This document shows, piece by piece, positions 54,831-64,000 of a stretch of DNA of 64,000 nucleotides. The stretch comes from Macrostomum lignano (taxonomy: Eukaryota). How positions within the stretch are numbered: the stretch's first letter is position 1; each line of letters begins with the position of its first letter. Made by a program: the position numbers and the translations under genes. The notes under the pieces are model-generated. The model did not search any database. It worked only from the letters and a program-made list of their open reading frames with translations, and was not told the origin of the DNA. The stretch covers positions 310,001-374,000 of the forward strand of contig NIVC01000176.1 of NCBI GenBank assembly GCA_002269645.1. Direction: 5' to 3'.

Positions 54831-55174
54831 CGAATCCTGAGCACTGAATGTGCCCGTTCACCATCTCGTGCTGCTCCGGAGCTCCATCGCACTCGCACAG
54901 GCCTCTCTGGTGGTATTCTCGGCCGGGAATCAAATGCATCACATCAATGTCGGAATGGGCGTCAGTTCTGCCGTCCAGTGTCGTCAGGCTGTTGCCCCAG
55001 CCTTCTGAGTAGCTGCCGACCACAAAAATGTAATTGTAGTTCTTCCGACTTCTCAGAATCTGCTGCAGGGCATCGGCAGCCGCGCTCTGCAATGCGGCTC
55101 GGGATTCGGTGAAGCCTGACTGCTCCAGTGCTGAGTGCAGCTGCTCGCTCAGCTCTGAGTCGCTGGGACTGCAT
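54831..55174 (-). CDS. ANK-cGLR exon 2: spine helix and nucleotidyltransferase signature (VGSYSEG...SDID)
   Basis: Acceptor ctcacatcttAG|A TGC is phase 2. Translation contains FVVGSYSEGWGN...DAHSDIDVM. Donor TTC G|GTGAGT is phase 1. Confidence 0.9.
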
Positions 55175-55688
55175 CTAAGATGTGAGTTGTTGGTGAAAAA
55201 CGTGCACTTCAAGAAGGGTTAACTGACTAATTTGAGTAGCATAGGGCAGCACTCCCGAGCAGTGCATGAATTGATTGAAGGCAGTTGAACCTTTAAGTTT
55301 AGTTTAGCGCAAATGTTTGCATGTTTTGTTCCTGAAAAAATGTCTACTTTTAAATGCCTTCCTATGTCGAGTGTCTGTTGTATGGTTGGCAGGTAGGAAA
55401 TGGACTGATTTAGCGATGAGGATGAGACTTAAGATTTTGGTCCTGGAGGTGAAGTGGGGCAGGCTAAACCAAGTCATGTTAGTTGCAAGCTATGAAAACC
55501 CTTAGGCCCAGACACTGGGTTAACAAGCCGATATATATTGTCGAGAACACCAATATGGTGTGAGCAGTGTACGCTGAAGTACACTAAAGTACGGAGACAA
55601 TAGAATAGCGATAATAGTGCACACAAGCCTCACACATCAGGGTAGGGCAGGCTGGGGGTTGGGTAGGGCATCCGGAGGTGGGGTGGGA

Positions 55689-55789
55689 GTAGTATTGGTA
55701 CGAGTGAGGATAACCATACACACTCCCTTCGGTCGTGACGTTCTCTCATTCACTTGATGTTCATCCTCAATATATACCAATAGTACTAC
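55689..55789. mobile_element. Mini inverted-repeat element, copy A (ANK-cGLR intron 1)
   Basis: Termini GTAGTATTGGTA...TACCAATA(GT)CTAC. The interior is the reverse complement of the interior of copy B. Confidence 0.5.
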
Positions 55790-56776
55790 AAAGTATCTTT
55801 AAAAATTAGGGTTGTGTTAAAAACCTTAAGTTCCCATTAGGTAACATGTGGCACCACCTTTGGGCAGCCCAAAGTGTGTGGCAGATGTGGCAGTGGCAGT
55901 TTCAAACTATTCTGATTTTGTATATAACCCTATTTTCTAGGTAGTGATCTCAGCTATCCTTAAAAACTTTAAATTCCAATCATAAAATAAAAAGTGCTTT
56001 TTGATGTGTCAAACATTTTTAGGGTCAAAAATGGCAGAAAATGTGGGACTTATCAAAACAGCTAGAGTGTAATCGATGAGGTATTTATAAAGTGTCGAGA
56101 CATATATCCTCTAGAAATTGAAGATATTTTAATTTTTCCTCTTAAAAATGAGTTTGGAATAAAATTAAACACGACAAAATTCTAGAAATTATCAAATTTT
56201 ACTAGAAATATCGTCAAAGAGCCGCTATGCAGACATCAACTTCCCCAATAGAAAAAGGGGAACTTACAATCCAAAATGTACAGCATCCATTGTTCTCGGA
56301 AAAAGGGAACTTGCCATGTGTGTACTCTCAAAGAGTCTATTGTACTCGGAAAGGGGAGCTAAGTTGCCTATACGTGGATCCAACAGTACTGAAAATCTCT
56401 TGCCCCATCTAGTTGCTATTGACAACCATTTCATTCTCTCCACAGTGTCTATAATACAACCGAGAAAAGCTATATTTATAGTGACATATCGTGGAGTTCC
56501 CTCACGAATATTAGCGATTGAGTCTTGCTTCAGTATTTTTCTCGCTCATTTTTTATGTCAGAATTTCTTCAAATCATTCATTGCCTTGTCTTGAAGATAC
56601 TTGAGACTGTTATGTTGATCCTAGAAGCGAGCCTTTTCAACAATATCTTGAATAGCCTTGTTTAATTGCGAGGCTATACTGTATCTGCTGCTCTTCTTCC
56701 ATTCTTATCTTCGCATCAAAATGTTCTTTGCTGCTGATGCTGTTTTACCTATTGCATCAGCTCCAATATTTTTTTT

Positions 56777-56866
56777 GTAGTATTGGTATATATCAAGTGA
56801 GTGAATGAGAGAACGTCACAACCGAAGTGAGTGTGTATGGTCATCCTCAATATATACCAATACTAC
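56777..56866. mobile_element. Mini inverted-repeat element, copy B (inverted relative to A)
   Basis: Termini GTAGTATTGGTA...TACCAATACTAC. The interior gagagaacgtcacaaccgaagtgagtgtgtatgg is the reverse complement of the copy A interior. Confidence 0.5.
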
Positions 56867-57032
56867 TTGCGTGCTGTTCCAACTTACAGAACTGCCTCTC
56901 ATTAATACTATTATACAATCTATGCTCGTACTTCGAACCCGTAAAAACTAATTAAACAGTTATTGAGAATCAAAAACGAAAATACATGACAAACGAAAAA
57001 TGAAGAAAACAAATCTAATGACTGAAAATTAC

Positions 57033-59275
57033 CCAAATAGTGACTCTTTCGGTGGCTCTTCCACAGCAGATGTGTTTTCAGCGACTTCTTGATAATGAAT
57101 ATGTTCAACCTTGGCGTCAGCTTGTGCTTTGATGAGTGACCTCACAACTTGGTGGTGACCCTTTGCTGATGCAATGTAGAGAGGTGAGCAGCCATCGACT
57201 TGTTGAAGATTGACGTCAGCTTGTACTTTGATGAGTGAGCTCAAAACTTGGTCGTGACCATTCTGTGATGCAATGTAGAGAGGTGAGCAGCCATCGACTT
57301 GTTGAAGATTGACGTCAGCTTGTGCTTTGATGAGTGAGCTCACAACTTGGTCGTGACCATTCTGTGATGCAATGTAGAGAGGTGAGCAGCCATTTAATTC
57401 TTGAAGATTGACGTCAGCTTGTGCTTTGATAAGTGAGCTCACAACTTTGTGGTGGCCATTCTGTGATGCCATGTAGAGAGGTGAATAGCCATTGATACTT
57501 TGAAGATTGACGTCAGATTGTGCTTTGATGAGTGAGCTCACAACTTGGTGGTGACCATTCTGTGATGCAATGTAGAGAGGTGAGCAGCCATCGACTTCTT
57601 GAAGATTGACGTCAGCTTGTGCTTTGATGAGTGAGCTCACAACTTGGTGGTAACCATTCTGTGATGCAATGTAGAGAGGCGAGCAGCCATCGACTTCTTG
57701 AAGATTGATGTCAGCTTGTGCTTTGATGAGTGAGCTCACAACTTGGTGGTGACCATTCTGTGATGCAATGTAGAGAGGTGAGCAGCCATCGACTTGTTGA
57801 AGATTGACGTCAGCTTGTACTTTGATGAGTGAGCTCACAACTTGGTGGTGACCATTCTGTGATGCAATGTAGAGAGGTGAGCAGCCATTTAATTCTTGAA
57901 GATTGACGTCAGCTTGTGCTTTGATAAGTGAGCTCACAACTTGGTGGTGACCATAATGTGATGCAATGTAGAGAGGTGAGCAGCCATCGACTTCTTGAAG
58001 ATTGACGTCAGCTTGTGCTTTGATGAGTGAGCTCACAACTTGGTCGTGACCATTCTGTGATGCAATGTAGAGAGGTGAGCAGCCATCGACTTGTTGAAGA
58101 TTGACGTCAGCTTGTGCTTTGATGAGTGAGCTCACAACTTGGTCGTGACCAAAGTGTGATGCAGCGTAGAGAGGTGACTCGCCAGTGTTTCGTTGAAGAT
58201 TGACGTCAGCTTGTGCTTTGATGAGTGAGCTCACAACTTGGTCGTGACCAAAGTGTGATGCAGCGTAGAGAGGTGAGCAGCCATCGACTTGTTGAAGATT
58301 GACGTCAGCTTGTACTTTGATGAGTGAGCTCACAACTTGGTGGTGACCATTCTGTGATGCAATGTAGAGAGGTGAGCAGCCATCGACTTGTTGAAGATTG
58401 ACGTCAGCTTGTGCTTTGATGAGTGAGCTCACAACTTGGTCGTGACCATTCTGTGATGCAATGTAGAGAGGTGAACCGCCTTGGATTTGTTGAAGATTGA
58501 CGTCAGCTTGTGCTTTGATGAGTGAGCTCACAACTTGGTCGTGACCATTCTGTGATGCAATGTAGAGAGGTGACGAGCCAGTGTTTCGTTGAAGATTGAC
58601 GTCAGCTTGTGCTTTGATGAGTGAGCTCACAACTTGGTCGTGACCAAAGTGTGATGCAGCGTAGAGAGGTGACTCGCCAGTGTTTCGTTGAAGATTGACG
58701 TCAGCTTGTGCTTTGATGAGTGAGCTCACAACTTTGTCGTGACCATTCTGTGATGCAATGTAGAGAGGTGACGAGCCAGTGTTTCGTTGAAGATTGACGT
58801 CAGCTTGTGCTTTGATGAGTGAGCTCACAACTTTGTCGTGACCATTCTGTGATGCAATGTAGAGAGGTGACGAGCCAGTGTTTCGTTGAAGATTGACGTC
58901 AGCTTGTGCTTTGATGAGTGAGCAAACAACTTGGTGGTGACCCTTCGCTGATGCAATGTACAGAGGTGAGCAGCCATCGCTTCGTTGAAGATTGACGTCA
59001 ACTCTGGCTTGAATGAACATTTCGATAATTTTGACGTTTCCCATTTCACATGCAAAGTGAAGCGGTGTGAATTTTATCCCAGACATGCTGCAGAGCTTAT
59101 CAACGTTAGAAGCCATCTGCAGGTAGAGTGAAATTTTTGTTTCATTTTCGAACACAATGGCTGCCAGGATCTCCCGCTCAGTGCCATCAAGGTCCTCGCT
59201 TCGGCCTGCGGGCCTGCCGAAGGCCTGCATCAGAACTGCTGCAATGGCTGTCAGGATTCTCCAAAGAGCTTCCAT
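57033..59275 (-). CDS. ANK-cGLR exon 1: N-terminal helix, 20 ankyrin repeats (33 aa), linker
   Basis: True ATG at 59275. One divergent repeat (FTPLHFACEMGN) and 19 near-identical xSPLYxASxxGHxQVVSSLIKAQADVNLQxxxG units. The ORF ends TTT GG|GTAATT, a phase-2 donor overlapping its stop codon. Confidence 0.9.
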
Positions 59276-60011
59276 TTCGGCTCGGTATCGGTGCTGTGGA
59301 ATGCGGAGAGCGCCGCATTTTGCTGGTATTTATCTATTTTTGCTCATTCGCGTCACAATTGACTGCCATTGGCAGCGCTGCCAACGTCCAATAGAAGAAA
59401 TGAGAAGTGAAACCAAACCGCCGTTAGCAAGAGGATTGGAGAAATCAGCCGACACGCGCGTGATGCGTGAACAAGCTTCTGCATGCTTAAAAATAGCCCT
59501 GATTATCGGCGAGCGAGAGGCTCAGCCATGCGACCCTTGAGTGATGCATGAATCTCCTCTGGCCGACGGCTTCTATTGGGCCTCCCCATTCCACTTTCTT
59601 CCCCTGTTCCTCCTTGCTTGCGTTCAGTCTGTCAACTTATAAAATATACTGATTGAAGAGGAAAAATCCTCGCCTGAAGTTTGAGAATGTGACTCTAGAG
59701 ATCACACAGAGAAAGTACCATCGAGTCCATTGTTCTTTGTCTTCCTGAACTGTTGGGAGAAGGAAACGTTTATGGGGAAACCCATAATAATAAAGCGTTC
59801 CAGAGGTTTGGGTGCGGTTCGGCTTGGCTACAGAATAATTGCTATTGTAGCTGCTGCTTTGCTACTTAAAGTAGCAGCCTGATGCCAGTTCCCGACTTGT
59901 TTAGGCAAAGGGGTGTTCCTTAAGCAGCTCAAATGCATGGCGGTGGTTGACAGCAGTGGGAATGTAAAATTTTCATTGGTCCGGAAAACGAGTACATCTA
60001 TTTGGAGTTTT

Positions 60012-60495
<484 letters not shown>

Positions 60496-60764
60496 GGCCT
60501 GGGGCAGCAACACAGCCCCAGGAATTGTCGTACTTCTGAACAAATTCAAACAAAGGAATGGAATTGCAGCTTAAAAGCAAAGCAAAGGCATGCGGTTAAA
60601 ATTTCGGTTATTGAAATCGCCTGTCGGATACAAGCGCGCCAATGCTGTACGCAGGCACACGCTCACACAGGGTGTACAGCGGCGGCCCTGACTTTATAAT
60701 CGTCAGGCATGCACACTATCTAGCATTCATGGGTGTTCGATAGCACCAGATCTAGGAAGGAAGA

Positions 60765-63700
60765 TCTAGAAGCTGCAGACAGAGGAGGGTGGAAGGTCTA
60801 GAAGCGGCAGATAGAGGAGGGTGGAAGGTCTAGAAGCGGGAGATAGAGGAGGGTGGAAGGTCTAGAAGCTGCAGACAGAGGAGGGTGGAAGGTCTAGAAG
60901 CGGCAGATAGAGGAGGTGGAAGGTCTAGAAGCGGCAGATAGAGGAGGTGGAAGGTCTAGAAGCGGCAGATAAAGGAGGGAGGAAGGTCTAGAAGCGGCAG
61001 ATAGAGGAGGGTGGAAGGTCTAGAAGCAGCAGAAAAAGGAGGGAGGAAGGTCTAGAAGCGGCAGATAGAGGAGGGTGGAAGGTCTAGAAGCAGCAGATAG
61101 AGGAGGGAGGAAGGTCTAGAAGCGGCAGATAGAGAAGGTGGAAGGTCTAGAAGCGGCAGATAGAGGAGGTGGAAGGTCTAGAAGCGGCAGATAGAGGAGG
61201 TGGAAGGTCTAGAAGCGGCAGATAGAGGAGGTGGAAGGTCTAGAAGCGGCAGATAAAGGAGGGAGGAAGGTCTAGAAGCGGCAGATAGAGGAGGGTGGAA
61301 GGTCTAGAAGCAGCAGATAGAGGAGGGAGGAAGGTCTAGAAGCGGCAGATAGAGGAGGGAGGAAGGTCTAGAAGCGGCAGATAGAGGAGGGAGGAAGGTC
61401 TAGAAGCGGCAGATAGAGGAGGTGGAAGGTCTAGAAGCGGCAGATAGAGGAGAGAGGAAGGTCTAGAAGCGGCAGATAGAGGAGGAGGAAGGTCTAGAAG
61501 CGGCAGATAGAGGAGGGAGGAAGGTCTAGAAGCGGCAGATAGAGGAGGGAGGAAGGTCTAGAAGCGGCAGATAGAGGAGGTGGAAGGTCTAGAAGCGGCA
61601 GATAGAGGAAGAAGGAAGGTCTAGAAGCGGCAGATAGAGGAGGGTGGAAGGTCTAGAAGCGGCAGATAGAGGAGGTGGAAGGTCTAGAAGCGGCAGATAG
61701 AGGAGGGAGGAAGGTCTAGAGGCGGCAGATAGAGGAGGGAGGAAGGTCTAGAAGCGGCAGATAGAGGAGGGAGGAAGGTCTAGAAGCGGCAGATAGAGGA
61801 GGGAGGAAGGTCTAGAGGCGGCAGATAGAGGAGGGAGGAAGGTCTAGAAGCGGCAGATAGAGGAGGGTGGAAGGTCTAGAAGCGGCAGATAGAGGAGGGA
61901 GGAAGGTCTTGAAGCGGCAGATAGAGGAGGGTGGAAGGTCTAGAAGCGGCAGATAGAGGAGGCGGAAGGTCTAGAAGCGGCAGATAGAGGAAGAAGGAAG
62001 GTCTAGAAGCGGCAGATAGAGAAGGGTGGAAGGTCTAGAAGCGGCAGATAGAGGAGGTGGAAGGTCTAGAAGCGGCAGATAGAGGAGGGAGGAAGGTCTA
62101 GAGGCGGCAGATAGAGGAGGGAGGAAGGTCTAGAAGCGGCAGATAGAGGAGGGAGGAAGGTCTAGAAGCGGCAGATAGAGGAGGGAGGAAGGTCTAGAGG
62201 CGGCAGATAGAGGAGGGAGGAAGGTCTAGAAGCGGCAGATAGAGGAGGGTGGAAGGTCTAGAAGCAGCAGATAGAGGAGGGAGGAAGGTCTAGAAGCGGC
62301 AGATAGAGAAGGTGGAAGGTCTAGAAGCGGCTGATAGAGGAGGTGGAAGGTCTAGAAGCGGCAGATAGAGGAGGTGGAAGGTCTAGAAGCGGCAGATAGA
62401 GGAGGTGGAAGGTCTAGAAGCGGCAGATAAAGGAGGGTGGAAGGTCTAGAAGCAGCAGATAGAGGAGGGAGGAAGGTCTAGAAGCGGCAGATAGAGGAGG
62501 GAGGAAGGTCTAGAAGCGGCAGATAGAGGAGGGAGGAAGGTCTAGAAGCGGCAGATAGAGGAGGGAGGAAGGTCTAGAAGCGGCAGATAGAGGAGAGAGG
62601 AAGGTCTAGAAGCGGCAGATAGAGGAGGTGGAAGGTCTAGAAGCGGCAGATAGAGGAAGAAGGAAGGTCTAGAAGCGGCAGATAGAGGAGGGTGGAAGGT
62701 CTAGAAGCGGCAGATAGAGGAGGTGGAAGGTCTAGAAGCGGCAGATAGAGGAGGGAGGAAGGTCTAGAGGCGGCAGATAGAGGAGGGAGGAAGGTCTAGA
62801 AGCGGCAGATAGAGGAGGGAGGAAGGTCTAGAAGCGGCAGATAGAGGAGGGAGGAAGGTCTAGAGGCGGCAGATAGAGGAGGGAGGAAGGTCTAGAAGCG
62901 GCAGATAGAGGAGGGTGGAAGGTCTAGAAGCAGCAGATAGAGGAGGGAGGAAGGTCTAGAAGCGGCAGATAGAGAAGGTGGAAGGTCTAGAAGCGGCAGA
63001 TAGAGGAGGTGGAAGGTCTAGAAGCGGCAGATAGAGGAGGTGGAAGGTCTAGAAGCGGCAGATAGAGGAGGTGGAAGGTCTAGAAGCGGCAGATAAAGGA
63101 GGGAGGAAGGTCTAGAAGCGGCAGATAGAGGAGGGTGGAAGGTCTAGAAGCGGCAGATAGAGGAGGGAGGAAGGTCTAGAAGCGGCAGATAGAGGAGGGA
63201 GGAAGGTCTAGAAGCGGCAGATAAAGGAGGGAGGAAGGTCTAGAAGCGGCAGATAGAGGAGGTGGAAGGTCTAGAAGCGGCAGATAGAGGAGGGAGGAAG
63301 GTCTAGAAGCGGCAGATAGAGGAGGGAGGAAGGTCTAGAAGCGGCAGATAGAGGAGGGGGAAGGTCTAGAAGCGGCAGATAGAGGAGGTGGAAGGTCTAG
63401 AAGCGGCAGATAGAGGAGGTGGAAGGTCTAGAAGCGGCAGATAGAGGAGGTGGAAGGTCTAGAAGCGGCAGAAAAAGGAGGGAGGAAGGTCTAGAAGCGG
63501 CAGATAGAGGAGGGAGGAAGGTCTAGAAGCAGCAGATAGAGGAGGGAGGAAGGTCTAGAAGCGGCAGATAGAGAAGGTGGAAGGTCTAGAAGCGGCAGAT
63601 AGAGGAGGTGGAAGGTCTAGAAGCGGCAGATAGAGGAGGTGGAAGGTCTAGAAGCGGCAGATAGAGGAGGTGGAAGGTCTAGAAGCGGCAGATAAAGGAG

Positions 63701-64000
63701 GGTGGAAGGTCTAGAAGCAGCAGATAGAGGAGGGAGGAAGGTCTAGAAGCGGCAGATAGAGGAGGGAGGAAGGTCTAGAAGCGGCAGATAGAGGAGGGAG
63801 GAAGGTCTAGAAGCGGCAGATAGAGGAGGGAGGAAGGTCTAGAAGCTGCAGATATAGGAGAGAGGAAGGTCTAGAATCGGCAGATAGAGGAGGGAGGAAG
63901 GTCTAGAAGCGGCAGATAGAGGAGGGAGGAAGGTCTAGAAGCGGCAGATAGAGGAGAGAGGAAGGTCTAGAAGCGGCAGATAGAGGAGAGAGGAAGGTCT
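60765..64000. repeat. 31/32-bp purine-rich minisatellite (GGAAGGTCTAGAAGCGGCAGATAGAGGAGG(G)(T/A))n, running off the window end
   Basis: About 100 units, nearly all containing TCTAGA. Confidence 0.98.

Noticed and set aside
56500-56770. Coding-looking remnant in ANK-cGLR intron 1 (NKAIQDIVEKARF*...)
   Set aside because: It has multiple stops and no recognisable motif, so it cannot be assigned without a database search.
57110-58920. About 19 CTTTGAT TCF motifs at 99-bp spacing inside the ankyrin exon
   Set aside because: They are the antisense of the Ile-Lys codons (ATC AAA G) in each repeat, so a by-product of coding and tandem duplication.

Overview
Eukaryotic (metazoan) genomic DNA; roughly half is tandem repeat. 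The repeat load and style suggest a free-living flatworm such as Macrostomum lignano (inference only). Two spliced genes can be rebuilt by hand on the minus strand, with canonical GT-AG sites and matching intron phases. (1) A five-exon TCF/LEF HMG-box factor (8506..386, 505 aa). It shows no canonical beta-catenin-binding domain and no C-clamp, has a CCAAT/GC-rich promoter, and has a tight cluster of five TCF-binding sites 14 kb further upstream. (2) The main finding: the 20-repeat ankyrin ORF (59275..57033) splices in frame onto two exons encoding a Mab-21/cGAS-like nucleotidyltransferase (cGLR) with an intact catalytic triad, giving a predicted 1352-aa ANK-cGLR protein. The ankyrin units are near-identical 99-bp modules that vary mainly at the binding-surface positions randomised in DARPins, which suggests a repeat-shuffling sensor coupled to a nucleotide second-messenger synthase. 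A truncated, nonsense-bearing paralogue of the cGLR lies about 9 kb downstream. The rest comprises a 14-kb 22/23-bp satellite, more than 20 mini- and microsatellites, a 2575-bp direct duplication around a 273-bp array, an internally deleted mariner, a decayed non-LTR retrotransposon and Helitron-like remnants. Most long ORFs in the supplied track are repeat artefacts.
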